Of a DNA stretch of 64,000 bases, positions 17,915 to 28,091 are shown in pieces. Positions within the stretch are counted from its first letter, which is position 1; every line of letters starts with the position of its first letter. Both the position numbers and the translations under genes were made by a program. The notes below the pieces were generated by a model. The model searched no databases. It was not told the origin of the DNA and saw only the letters and a program-made list of their open reading frames with translations. Source of the stretch: Candidatus Eiseniibacteriota bacterium (GTDB taxonomy: Bacteria; Eisenbacteria; RBG-16-71-46; CAIMUX01); NCBI GenBank assembly GCA_041390305.1, contig JAWKQE010000028.1, forward strand, positions 5,967 to 69,966. Direction: 5' to 3'.

Positions 17915-18502
17915 ATGACGAGCGACTCCAACATCACGCAGCTCCTCGAGGAAGCGAACCGCGGGGACACCGGGGCGCTCGATGCGCTTCTCGAGGCGGT
18001 GTACAGAGAGCTCAGCGTGATGGCCGACCGGCGGATCCGGGCTCAGCGGGAGGAGGGGAAGCCGGTCACGCTCGACCCGACCGCGCTCGTCCACGAGACG
18101 TATCTGAAGCTGGCCCAGCAGCGGAGCGAACTCCGCAACCGTCGCCACTTCTTCGCGATCGCGTCCCGGATCATGACCCGCGTCCTCCAGGACCACCTCC
18201 GGAACCGGACGGCGGCGAAGCGAGGGGGGCATCAGGTCCAGGTGACCCTGAGCCGGATCGCCGACCTGCTCGAGTCTCCGGATCTCGAGGCATCGCAGCG
18301 GCGGGTCGAACGGATCCTCGCCGCGATCGAGCAGTTGGATGACGAATCGCCCCGACGGGCGGAGCTCGCCCGGCTCCGGATCCTCTGGGGGCTGGAACTC
18401 ACCGAGATCGCCGAGACGCTCCAGGTGTCGCTCGCGACGGTGAAGCGGGACTGGCGGTTCGTCCGCGCCTGGCTCGCGGAGCAGGTGGAAGCTCCCGAGT
18501 GA
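17915..18502 (+). CDS. ECF-type sigma factor (TIGR02999/PF07638-like)
   Basis: ITQLL....GD..A...L...VY.EL, TLDPTALVHETYLKL, RRHFFAIA.R.M.R.L.D, EIAE.L.VS..TVKRDWRFVRAWL. Confidence 0.9.
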   Translation: MTSDSNITQLLEEANRGDTGALDALLEAVYRELSVMADRRIRAQREEGKPVTLDPTALVHETYLKLAQQRSELRNRRHFFAIASRIMTRVLQDHLRNRTAAKRGGHQVQVTLSRIADLLESPDLEASQRRVERILAAIEQLDDESPRRAELARLRILWGLELTEIAETLQVSLATVKRDWRFVRAWLAEQVEAPE

Positions 18503-21400
18503 CCGACCGCTTCGAGAGGCTCGCGGAGCTCTTCGAACGCTGTTCCGATCGCTCCCCGGAAGAGGTCGCCCGCATTCTGGACGAGGAGTGCGCCGACGAT
18601 CCCGATCTTCGCGCCGCGGTCGAAACTCTGCTCGCCCGCGACGCGGAGCCCGAAGTGCTGGAGAGCGCGGTTCGGGACGTCGGGCACGTGTTCGAGGATT
18701 CCCGTCACGACCACCACGTCGCGCCGGAAGACACACCCGAGGCGATCGGTCGCTACGAGATCATCGGAGTGCTGGGCTACGGCGGGATGGGAACGGTCTT
18801 CTCCGCGCGGGACCCGGATCTCGGAAGGCTCGTTGCGCTGAAGCTGCTGCCGCGCGGATGGGAGCGCGAACCGTCGCTACGAGCAGTTCCGTCGCGAAGC
18901 AGCTTCCAGCAGCCTACGCACCCTAACATCGCCGTCCTCTACAGCCTCGAGGAGAGTGGTGGGCCGCGCGTTCCTCACTATGGAGCACATCCTCGGCGAG
19001 ACCTTGGGGCACCGTTTGGAACGCAAACCGCCGACGCTCTCCGAGTCGATCTCCTGGGGGCGGCAGATCGCGGATGCTCTCCAGATGGCGCACGCGAACG
19101 GTGTCACCCATCGCGATCTCAAGCCGGCGAACGTGATGATCAGTGATGGTGGCTCGCTCAAGGTGCTCGACTTCGGGCTCGCGGTAGTCGGAGTCGACGC
19201 GGGCCGTGGCACCTCGTCGAGTTCCGGCCTCCCGGCCCCGGAGACGAAGGGGGGCACTACTCCGGCCGGAAGTCCCGGATACATCAGTCCGGAGCAGCTC
19301 CGCGGCGGAAAGGCGACGGCCGCGGCAGACGTCTGGGGCTGGGGCTGCGTTCTGTTCGAGTGCCTGACCGGCACCGAGGCGTTCCCTGGGGAGACACCGC
19401 TCGAGCGGGTTACGAACACGCTCGAGCGCCGGCTGGACGCTTCGCGGTTTCCGGCGGAGGTCCCGGAGAAGTTGGCGGAACTCGTCCTGTCGTGTCTCTC
19501 GCCGGACCCGAAAGACCGGCCGAGTTCCATCGACGAGCTCCAGGAGCGGCTGCGCGAAGTATCACGTCGCTCGAGCGATCGACCGTCATCGCGTGTGCGA
19601 ACGTACTCGGTCGGCCTGGTGCTCGCGCTCCTGGTTGCGGTTGTGTTCCTCTCGTGGCGCGCTGCGGAGGACGAGCGCGCGCGTGGAGGCGCGTCGTCGT
19701 CCGGCACGAGTAGCGCTTCCTCCACTTCTCCACGTCGCGTGACCTTCTCCGGGTTCGTCTGGGGATTCGATCTCGCGGGGTCGGGAGATCGGGTCGCGTG
19801 CGTCACGAACCCCGGCGACATCGTCGTCGTGGACCTGGGCACCGATGCGGAGCGGGTGCTGCGGAACGATCCGACGCTCCAGGCGGTGTCGTGGTCGCCC
19901 GACGGAACCGAGCTCCTCGCGTACAGCCTCGGCAAGGAGAAGGACGGTTCCTTCCTTCTCTCGACTTCGACAGGAGAGATGAGACCGGTCGGGCCGCCGA
20001 ACTTCCAGGGCCGTTGCTGGTCACCGGACGGAACGCGGATTCTCGGACCGATCTCGAAGACGCACGTCGCACAAGGGCCGGTCTATCTGTACGACGTGGC
20101 GTCGGACTCCGTGACCGCAGTTCCGTTGCCGGACGATCTCGCCCACGTCGAGTACGACTGGTCGGCCCGAAACGGTTGGATCCTCGTCCTCGGAACCCGT
20201 CCGGGAGAGTCGCGAGGCGCATGGATGGTACCCGAGTCGGGCGGCGAGGCGATTCAGGTCGGCGGAGCGGATACCGATCGGGCACGCTGGGCGCCGGATG
20301 GACAGCATCTCCTCGTCGTGGATCGTCCTTCGGACAGGACGGTCCTCAGCGCACTCACGTTGTCGCCGCAGCTGCTCGCTGGCGAGGTCGATCGGCTCGT
20401 GTCCCCGGGAACGCGGATCTCGCATTCGACGCGAGTGCTCGAACTCCCCACGACCACGACGGGGTTCCGGGTCGCACGCGACGGACGGACGATTGCGTTG
20501 CTCGGACAGATTCCTCAGTCGACGCTCTGGCGCCTGGTCCGGCGCCCGGATGGCTCTGGGTTCGACTCGACGCCGATTTGGGGCGGGACCGTGCTCGCCG
20601 GCGGACCGAAGATCCGGCCCGGCGGGGAGGAGGTCGCGTTCCTCGCGGGTCCCCTCGAGACGACCAAGATCCTGCGCCTCCCTCTCGCCGGTGGCGAGCC
20701 CGTGTCGATGACGGATGTCGGGCTGGGGAAAGCGTTCCTCGCCTGGTCTCCCGACGGGACGGAACTGGCTTTCGGAGCCGACGACGAGGGGCGGGAGCAG
20801 CTGCGGATCGCGTCGACGATCGATGGCAGTGATCGGCCGGTGCCGGGCGCGGAGGGGCGCGCGTACCTCGAGTGGCTCGAGGCGGACCGCATCCTCTATC
20901 ACTCGCTTCAGGACGACAACCTGAACTTCCGGGTCGTGTCTCCGAGTGGAAACGACCAGCGCCCGCTCTTCGACCCGCCGCGGGAAGGGACACTGTTCCA
21001 GGTCGCCGCGTCCCACTCCGGCGATTGGCTCGCCGTGGCGGGCGCGAGGGGAGGTCGCACCGAGATCGACGTGTGGCTGGTTTCGCTCGACTCTCCGGAC
21101 GATAGGCTGCTCTTCGACGGCACGGCGGTTCCGATCACCTGGTCCGAGGACGACGAGTGGGTCTACCTCGTGCGCGAGACTCGAGAGTCACGGTTCGTCG
21201 GCGAGTCCGTCGGGGAGGTTCTGCGAGTGCGCGTTTCAGACGGGACCGTCGAGCCGGTCGTCGCGCTGCCACCCGGCGATCTGCGGCGTTGGACCGACGT
21301 CGACATCTCTCCGGATGGCAGGACGGTTGTGTGCGCACTGAGCCAGGATCAGAAGGACGTCTGGATCGCGGACATTCCGAGAGGGGTGCTCGCTCCCTGA
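18499..21400 (+). CDS. Ser/Thr protein kinase with TM helix and PD40/TolB-like beta-propeller; frameshifted around 18880-18963
   Basis: LGYGGMGTV, VALK and HPNI are in the first frame; MEH, HRDLKPAN, DFGLA, GSPGYISPEQ and DVW..G are in the second; repeated WSPDG motifs; GTGA overlap with the sigma gene. Confidence 0.85.
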
Positions 21401-21401
21401 A

Positions 21402-21440
21402 GAAACGGCCCCTGGAGCGGTGAGCTCCAGAGGCCGTTTC
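21402..21440. terminator. Hairpin between convergent genes, probable bidirectional terminator
   Basis: GAAACGGCC-C-CTGGAGC / GGTGA loop / GCTCCAG-A-GGCCGTTTC. Confidence 0.65.
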
Positions 21441-21526
21441 GAGTGCGGCCCCTACGGGGTTTCGTGTGTCGGCTGGTTCCTTCGCGGCCCCGTGAGGATC
21501 ACGGGGCGTACGCGCGGGCTTGCCCC

Positions 21527-22117
21527 CTACCGGTAGTCGCGCTTCAGCTCGCCCCAGCTGACATTGCGGTCACCGGGCGCAGGGTTCTCTTCGTCGCCGG
21601 CGTCGGAGTTGTCCTGGACGACCGTGATCGTGACCGGACGACGATACTCGCCATGGGTCGCGCCGGTGTTGTTCAGGCTACCGAACCATGCCGCCTGCCA
21701 CGTGTACTGGCCCGCGGCCATCGGAGCCGGTGCCTGTAGTGTGACCGGGAACGTGACGCCGGTGCCCTGTCCGTCGTTGCCCGTCCCCGTGGGGCCGGTG
21801 GCGCGGTCGACTTCGTTGTCGTCCTGGTCGTAGAGCAGGCCACGGATCCAACCGCTCTCCCATCCACCGTTCATCGTGATCGTGACGAGTTCGCCCGGGG
21901 CGTACTCGGCCTGGTCGGCGACCGCCGTCACGGTGCCGCGATGCTCGTGGCACGCGTTGCAGGTCGGAGTGTCGTCGGTGTGGCAGGTTGCACACACGTT
22001 GTTGAAGAAGGTGGGTCGCGCCCAGCTCGTGGAGACGAGTGTGATCGAGGCGAGGATGAGGAACGTGCTCGCAATCAGGAAGCGGGGACGGCCCGAGAGT
22101 TGGTGACGATCGAACAT
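21527..22117 (-). CDS. Secreted diheme c-type cytochrome with Reeler/Ig-like domain and C-terminal SWGELKRDYR tail
   Basis: AGGAGG RBS, signal peptide (…VSTSWA), CATCH and CNACH motifs, beta-rich domain. Confidence 0.75.
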   Translation of the reverse strand: MFDRHQLSGRPRFLIASTFLILASITLVSTSWARPTFFNNVCATCHTDDTPTCNACHEHRGTVTAVADQAEYAPGELVTITMNGGWESGWIRGLLYDQDDNEVDRATGPTGTGNDGQGTGVTFPVTLQAPAPMAAGQYTWQAAWFGSLNNTGATHGEYRRPVTITVVQDNSDAGDEENPAPGDRNVSWGELKRDYR

Positions 22118-22418
22118 GGAGAACCTCCTGCCCACCGTGAGGTGGGTGGCTCGGAAGGTGCGAGCAGACGCTCGGGGCGAACGCCGACTTGCACGCGCTT
22201 CAGTGGGCCCCGTCAGGGATAATGCCGACACGCGCGGCCCGCGCCGGACGCAGGTGGTGCTGCGAGCGTTGGCACCATAGTCGTTGGCTGAGATTTGGCG
22301 GTAGTCAGGGGAACCCGAAACGGTTCGATGCAGCGTATGGCCGACAGTGTTGGCACTGACTGGGTTTTGGTCGTCGTCCGGTACGCTCTGGCGAACTCTC
22401 TCCGCGCGAGGAACCGGC

Positions 22419-22661
22419 TCAGTCCGAGAGCAGCGCGAGCTTCGACACCATGAAGATACCGCTCTCGAGATGCCCACTCACCCGAGCGCGGCGGACGGTG
22501 TTGCAGAAGCCGTCGTCGGCATGGGCATCGCCGTGATCGTCGATCCCCGTGCCGCGCACGAAGTAGACCTTCCCGTCGAATCGGACCGCGAGATCGCATC
22601 CATCGCCGGGGAAACCGAACTGGCACTGTGCACACCCGGCTTCGACGATCTGGTCTTCCAT
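22419..22661 (-). CDS. Small Cys/His-rich protein (DUF6370-like)
   Basis: EAGCAQCQF...CDLAVR.DG..YFV.G..IDDHGDAH..DGFCN.VR.A.VSG; GAGAGGAG RBS. Confidence 0.7.
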   Translation of the reverse strand: MEDQIVEAGCAQCQFGFPGDGCDLAVRFDGKVYFVRGTGIDDHGDAHADDGFCNTVRRARVSGHLESGIFMVSKLALLSD

Positions 22662-22838
22662 GGTGGCGGCTCCTCTCCCGTTTGTCGCCGGAGGCGTGGA
22701 CACACGCATCGAGTGTCGGCTTCGGTACCGTGACCTGCTCGCAATCGGGAGACGGATCTCGATGCCGAAACGGATCGTTTCATGGCCGATGCAAGGGTGG
22801 CTTGGATCTGGCCGTCGTCCAGCCTCGAGGGATCACGG

Positions 22839-23120
22839 CTAGTTCTCCATTCCGATCGAGAACATGGACTCCAGGTCGTGCTTCGAATAGGCCCGGAAGG
22901 CGATCATCGTCTCCGTGTCTTCGATGCCCGGCAGGCTACGCATGTGGTTGGTCACGAGATCGGCCAGGTCTTCGTTCGCGGCGACACGGATCAAGGCGAC
23001 GAGGTCGAATCGACCGCCGACCGAGTAGACCTCGGAGATGCCGTCCATCTCCGCGAGCTTCTCCGCAACGAGGTTCACCTTGGAATGCTCGACACTCAGC
23101 AGGACGATCGCGGTCACCAT
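22839..23120 (-). CDS. Stand-alone Lrp/AsnC ligand-binding (RAM) domain protein
   Basis: MVTAIVLL...VAEKLA...GISEVYSVGGRFDLVA...LPGIEDTETMIAF. The long upstream extension in the ORF track is a shadow of the kinase gene. Confidence 0.88.
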   Translation of the reverse strand: MVTAIVLLSVEHSKVNLVAEKLAEMDGISEVYSVGGRFDLVALIRVAANEDLADLVTNHMRSLPGIEDTETMIAFRAYSKHDLESMFSIGMEN

Positions 23121-23390
23121 GGCATTCCCCTTCCGTCGTGGATCCTCGAGGCAAGGCGGGCTGAGAATAGCACACCCTGAGGGGGGCAGCGCCGGATCCC
23201 TCTGACGCGGAACCGGTTGCCGCGATTGGCCGTCCCGCCTAGGATGAGTGTCCGACGTAGACGCGGTGCCGCAGCCGGTCAGATCCCCCTGAATCCGAAG
23301 GCGTCCCTCCGCGTATCCAATCTCTGGCGGATGGGACGACGACCTGTGGTGCAGGGCGTCGTGCTTGGGCAGTTTCGATACGAGGGTCTG

Positions 23391-24809
23391 ATGGAATCCG
23401 GCGACCTCCTCGGACACTACGAGATCCTGGAGAAGCTCGGTCAGGGCGGGATGGGGGTCGTCTACAAGGCGCGGGACACGAAGCTGGACCGTCCGGCCGC
23501 CCTCAAGGTGCTCCCTCCGGCCCTCATGAAGGACGAGGAGCGGCGTCGTCGGTTCATCCAGGAGGCGCGGGCGGCGTCCGCCGTGAACCATCCGGCCATT
23601 GCCCAGATCTACGGGATCGAGACCGTCGACCAGGTTCCCGGAGTTTCCGGACTGGAGGGTGAAGGGCTCACCTTCATCGCGATGGAGTTCGTCGACGGAG
23701 CGACCGTCCGGCAGCTCATCCAGCGAAACGAGCTCGACGTCCTCTCCGCGATCGAGGTGGGGATCCAGGTGGCCGGAGCGCTCCAACGTGCGCACGAAGC
23801 CGGGATCGTCCATCGCGACATCAAGTCCGACAACATCATGGTCACGCACGACGGCCATCCCAAGGTACTGGACTTCGGCCTCGCGAAGCTCGTCGACCCG
23901 ACGGACTCGTCGGCTCCGGGCGAGTCGGTGAACGACCTCCAGACCATGGTCATGCGCACCGGCGCGATGACGCAGGTGGGAGCGGTCATCGGAACGGTTG
24001 CGTACATGAGCCCGGAGCAGGCGCGCGGGCTCCCCGCCGATCAACGCTCGGACATCTTCTCGTTCGGGATCGTTCTCTACGAGATGGCGACGGGAACGCT
24101 GCCGTTCCAGGGGGAGAGTGCGCTCGACACGATGCATGCGATCGCATTCGGGGAGACGCGGCCGCTCAGCGATCTCCGGGCCGGGCTGCCGTACTCCCTG
24201 CAGAAGGTCGTGAACCGCTGTCTCGAGAAGGACGCCACGAAGCGGTTCGCGAGCATGGCAGATGTCGAGTCGGAGCTGCGCGAGGTGAAGCGCGAGCTCG
24301 AGTCGGGCGTGACGCGTTCGGCCCCGATGCTCGATCGCGCGATGGACAAGCTGAGAGACCTGACGGGTGGGCGCGCGTCGCGGGAAGGGATCTCGAACAA
24401 AGGGCTCGTCTTCCTCGTCGTCTGGTCGATCATCCTCGTGACGCTCATCATCATCGTGCTGGCGAACAACGGTGGGATTGGTGGGGTCGCGCCCTTCCTC
24501 GTCATCGGTGCCTTCGTCTACCGGAGGTTCCGGACGAAGCGGAGCCGTTCCGTTCGGAAGTTCTCGAACAAGGCGAAGAAGGACAAAGCGATCCGGCTCA
24601 TCAGCAGCGATGGCGACACGGTCTTGATCGTGCTCGATCACGCGCCGGCCAAGACGTTCCTCAAGCTGAACTCGCTCCTCGAGTCGACGAACGGTGGGCT
24701 CTACTCGGGAGAGCCACTGGAGCTCGAGTTCCGGGAGGGAGTCGACGAGGAGGGGATGCGGGAGCTCCTGACGCGACCCGGCCTACTCTACGTGCGAGAC
24801 GCAGAGTAG
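23391..24809 (+). CDS. Ser/Thr protein kinase (PknB-like catalytic domain) with two C-terminal TM helices
   Basis: LGQGGMGVVY, ALK, HRDIKSDN, DFGLAK, GTVAYMSPEQ, SDIFSFG. Confidence 0.92.
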   Translation: MESGDLLGHYEILEKLGQGGMGVVYKARDTKLDRPAALKVLPPALMKDEERRRRFIQEARAASAVNHPAIAQIYGIETVDQVPGVSGLEGEGLTFIAMEFVDGATVRQLIQRNELDVLSAIEVGIQVAGALQRAHEAGIVHRDIKSDNIMVTHDGHPKVLDFGLAKLVDPTDSSAPGESVNDLQTMVMRTGAMTQVGAVIGTVAYMSPEQARGLPADQRSDIFSFGIVLYEMATGTLPFQGESALDTMHAIAFGETRPLSDLRAGLPYSLQKVVNRCLEKDATKRFASMADVESELREVKRELESGVTRSAPMLDRAMDKLRDLTGGRASREGISNKGLVFLVVWSIILVTLIIIVLANNGGIGGVAPFLVIGAFVYRRFRTKRSRSVRKFSNKAKKDKAIRLISSDGDTVLIVLDHAPAKTFLKLNSLLESTNGGLYSGEPLELEFREGVDEEGMRELLTRPGLLYVRDAE

Positions 24810-24839
24810 GCCGGTGTCGGTGCGGCCAGTCGTCAACCC

Positions 24840-25706
24840 CTACTTGACGACAACGAGGCTCCCGCTCGTCCGGGTCTTTCCCGAGGTGAAGACCGAGTAA
24901 TAGACGCCGGCGGAAACTTCACGGCCGTGATCATCACGTCCGTCCCAAGCGACCAGGTGGTCACCTGCAGCGAAGAAGCCGCTCCGGAGCGAGCGGATCT
25001 GACGTCCCATCATGTCGACGAGGACGAGGCTCGCCTCCTGATCGGACGGAAGCTGGAGACGGATCGTCGCGTCCGAACGGACCGGCGACGGGAAGACGGA
25101 GAGCTGGACCGAGTTCGCCGCGAGGACCTCGGGGTCGATTCCACTCGTGTCGCCTTCGGGGACGTCCGCGGTGAAGGTGTAGATGTAGTCACCGTTGTTG
25201 AAGCCGTTGTTGTTCGCGGCATTCCCGGCGAGGTAGAAGCTCGCGGTGCCGGATCCCGAGGCGGGAGCGGTCCATTCGATCTCCCAGCTCGCGGCGTCAG
25301 GCTGCCCCGCGAAGGTACCGGCGGCCCTGTGCTTGATGTAGTCACGCAGGGGGCCGGCGCCTGCCGAGACCTGGACGAGCGTGGGATCGACGGCGGCGAG
25401 GTCGCCGGCCTGATCTCCAGCGGCGTCGATCACCGTCGCCTCGAAGCCCCAGCGCGACTGGCCGGGATCCGCGATCATGACCTCCAGCGTGTAGACCGTG
25501 CCGGGGGTGTACCCAGCGGGAAGTCCGTTGATGACGAGGGAGCCGTCCCCGCTGTTGAGCTCGAAGGAGTTGTGGCAAGGGGCGTCCTTGCAGGTCTGGA
25601 ACGCGGGCGGATCGCCGGCCCGGCCGTCGACGGGGCCGGTGGAGTTGGCGAGTAGAGTGGTCGGCGCGAGCGCAGCTACCGCGATCGCCGCAGCGAACGG
25701 CACCAT
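24840..25706 (-). CDS. Secreted Reeler/choice-of-anchor-V-like protein with C-terminal FlgD-Ig domain
   Basis: Signal peptide, CKDAPCH, GY.PG..Y.L.V...WGFEAT, W.APASG.G...FY.AGNAANNNG; C-terminal PSP...GR.IRSL..G...G.H...WDGRD..G..V.AGVY. Confidence 0.75.
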   Translation of the reverse strand: MVPFAAAIAVAALAPTTLLANSTGPVDGRAGDPPAFQTCKDAPCHNSFELNSGDGSLVINGLPAGYTPGTVYTLEVMIADPGQSRWGFEATVIDAAGDQAGDLAAVDPTLVQVSAGAGPLRDYIKHRAAGTFAGQPDAASWEIEWTAPASGSGTASFYLAGNAANNNGFNNGDYIYTFTADVPEGDTSGIDPEVLAANSVQLSVFPSPVRSDATIRLQLPSDQEASLVLVDMMGRQIRSLRSGFFAAGDHLVAWDGRDDHGREVSAGVYYSVFTSGKTRTSGSLVVVK

Positions 25707-25984
25707 GTGTCGGGTCGGACGTGACAAGGTGGGGCCTCCTGATTGCATGTTGTAGTGGGCAGTGGATCAGGGGAGTGCGGGCGTACACGAAATCGGGACG
25801 TGGTCCCGAGCCTGAATCTGCAAGCCGATGGATTCGTGTACGAGCTGCTCGCCCGAACCCTAGTCGGAGGTGGACCGGGCCTGATACGGAAAAACTCCGA
25901 CCGACCCGGAGCCGGGGGACTAGTGGGTTGCTGCCCTTAGGCTTCGGGCGACATGAGGGTACGAGCGCTCCGACAGGGTGAAGG

Positions 25985-27610
25985 TCAGGGGACCTCGACC
26001 GTGACTGTCGTCCGCTCTCCCGCCGCGATCTCGATGTCCTGCTCGAGGCGGTCGCCCCCGATCACCTGGACCTTGACGAGGTAGCTTCCTGGCGGGATGT
26101 CGAAGTGCTGCGGGTTGGAGTCCGGGTTCGGACGCGCCCGTCCGGAGCCGATCACGGTTCCGTCGAACGTCGTGACCTTCACGGTTGCGTCCACCAGGGT
26201 GCCGTCCGCGCGTGCGACCCGGATCACGGCCTCGCCGCTCGCGAAGTCGTGCATCAGCTCCTGGGTCTTGCCCGCGGCCACCGTGACCGGGCGGAACCGG
26301 TGCGTGACGTTGTCTCCCATTTCGATGGCCGTCAGCTCCACGTCGTACTCGCCCGGAGTGATGGAGACGGTTTTCGGGTTGGTCGCGGCGTCACGATACG
26401 TGCGGCCTTGCGCCGCGACTTCCTTCGTTCCGCGGACGTACACCTTGAAGAGGACGTCGGAGAGTCGGTCGTTCCGCGTCGCGCCGATCGAGAGCGTTCC
26501 GCTCGAGAAGTCGAGCAGCTTCTCGACCGTCGAACCGTTTGCGATCTCGATCCCGAACTCCTGGCGCCGGTTGCCCTCGAGTCCCAGTGCGAGGATGGTC
26601 ACGTCGTACGCGCCGTCCGCGAGGGGGATCTCACGCGGGTTCGTGGCCGGCGAGCGATAGGTCCTGCCTCCGCCCACTTTGCTCCGGGAGCCACGGTCGA
26701 ACACCTGGATCGCGACGTCCTGCAGCTCGCCGTCCATCACCGCCTTTACGACGAGTCGCCCGGTGGGGATGTCTGCCGGCAGGGCGACAGCGGTCTCCAT
26801 GGCGCCGGAGAGCTCCGCGGCATTGTCCGCGGTGAGGTAGAGGCCGTCGCCGGCCTGGGCCGCACACTCGAGAGAGGAGACGTCCTCCTTCGCGACGTCG
26901 AAACCGATCACGTGGAGGACGAAGTCGACGCCCGCGGCCTTCGCTTCCTGTACGAGCGCACACGGATCGCCGCCGCAGGTCTCGAGGCCATCGCTCACCA
27001 GGATCACGGTCGACTTCCGTCCGCTCGTCCTCGCGATGTCGACGGCCCTTCGAAGGGCGGCCGTGATCGGAGTCTTTCCCTTCGGGTTGAGCGTTTCGAT
27101 CGTCTTGGAGAGAGCCGCGCGATCGAGCGGTCCGAGAGACGTGACGGTTTCGATATCGTCGCAGTCTCCCTCCGAGCGGTGTCCGTAGGCGATCAGGGCG
27201 ACGTTGCGATCGTCGCTCAGTTCTCCGATGAGGTCGCCGAGGACCCGGCGCGCGATGACGATCTTGTTCTCGCCCTGGATCTGCCCCCACATCGACCCCG
27301 ATCCGTCGAGGACGAGGAGGAGGTCCGAGTTCCCGCCGACGGAGGCGCCGAGACCTTGCGTTGCGGCGATTGCGGTCGCCGTCGGCGCAGGGGCCGGCGT
27401 CGCGGCCGCGGAGGTCTGGGACGCCAGGAGTGCGGGGAGAAGAACGGACACGCAGAGGGAGACCACGAAGGCCACGGCGACGGCGATGGAGCGTGTGGAG
27501 TGGGCAGGAGAGATCGGCCGGGGACTTCCGCTCGATCGACGCATCCGGAACGCCGCGTCGAGTAGTCCGCGACTTCCGTTCGATCGAAGCATCCGGTGGG
27601 TCGTGGTCAT
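25985..27610 (-). CDS. Secreted von Willebrand factor A domain protein with three tandem beta-sandwich repeats
   Basis: LVLDGSGSMWG (MIDAS), G.TPI..AL, VILVSDGLETCGGDPC; three repeats of about 90 aa (G...V....GRTY...TNP..I....G.YDV). Confidence 0.85.
   Translation of the reverse strand: MTTTHRMLRSNGSRGLLDAAFRMRRSSGSPRPISPAHSTRSIAVAVAFVVSLCVSVLLPALLASQTSAAATPAPAPTATAIAATQGLGASVGGNSDLLLVLDGSGSMWGQIQGENKIVIARRVLGDLIGELSDDRNVALIAYGHRSEGDCDDIETVTSLGPLDRAALSKTIETLNPKGKTPITAALRRAVDIARTSGRKSTVILVSDGLETCGGDPCALVQEAKAAGVDFVLHVIGFDVAKEDVSSLECAAQAGDGLYLTADNAAELSGAMETAVALPADIPTGRLVVKAVMDGELQDVAIQVFDRGSRSKVGGGRTYRSPATNPREIPLADGAYDVTILALGLEGNRRQEFGIEIANGSTVEKLLDFSSGTLSIGATRNDRLSDVLFKVYVRGTKEVAAQGRTYRDAATNPKTVSITPGEYDVELTAIEMGDNVTHRFRPVTVAAGKTQELMHDFASGEAVIRVARADGTLVDATVKVTTFDGTVIGSGRARPNPDSNPQHFDIPPGSYLVKVQVIGGDRLEQDIEIAAGERTTVTVEVP
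27523..27596. repeat. 26-bp imperfect direct repeat (48-bp period) in the VWA gene 5' end
   Basis: GACTTCCGCTCGATCGACGCATCCGG (27523-27548) and GACTTCCGTTCGATCGAAGCATCCGG (27571-27596), two mismatches. Confidence 0.75.
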
Positions 27611-28091
27611 CGAGCTCTCTCCTCTCAGGTGGAATACCTCGGGGACGGCGCCTCGGAAGACACTTATTGCCTTCGGCAACTCGTTGCCACTACTTTCGTA
27701 CCCGTCGTCGCCGGGAACACGTTCCGGAGGTGCGCGCCGGCAGCGGGGCGCCTCGAAGCGATGACACAACGACGAGAGAAGCGATGAAGCGTCTGATCCG
27801 AGAAATGGGTGGACGACTCCCGTTCACCTGAGCACGTGCCGTCTCGCGGCAGCGTGTCTGCGTGCTTCGTCGAACCCATGGTTTGCTTGGCAATCACTAG
27901 GTTCTCGTCGCGGTCCCTGCCGCTCTGATCGTTCGGTCTGTCCGATCTCGAATGTCAGAGTTCTCCAGGCGGGGAAGCCGATGGTCTCCATCGAACGGTC
28001 CACCCCTCGTCCTGGCCCGAAGTCTTCCAATCGACGGATAGATCGTCGTCATCGTTCGCGACGCCACCTCATGGGGCGACTGGAGGAAGCA

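Noticed and set aside
23121-24641. 600-aa ORF 22839-24641 as a single protein
   Set aside because: Only the last 93 aa (Lrp/AsnC domain, own start at 23120) are meaningful. The rest is antisense to the kinase gene.
27611-28091. SAM riboswitch expected upstream of the MetE-like operon
   Set aside because: No SAM-I (AUC-AGAG...GGCAACC...GUGC-AA-UCC...GAU), SAM-II or cobalamin consensus was found by eye. A covariance search is still warranted.
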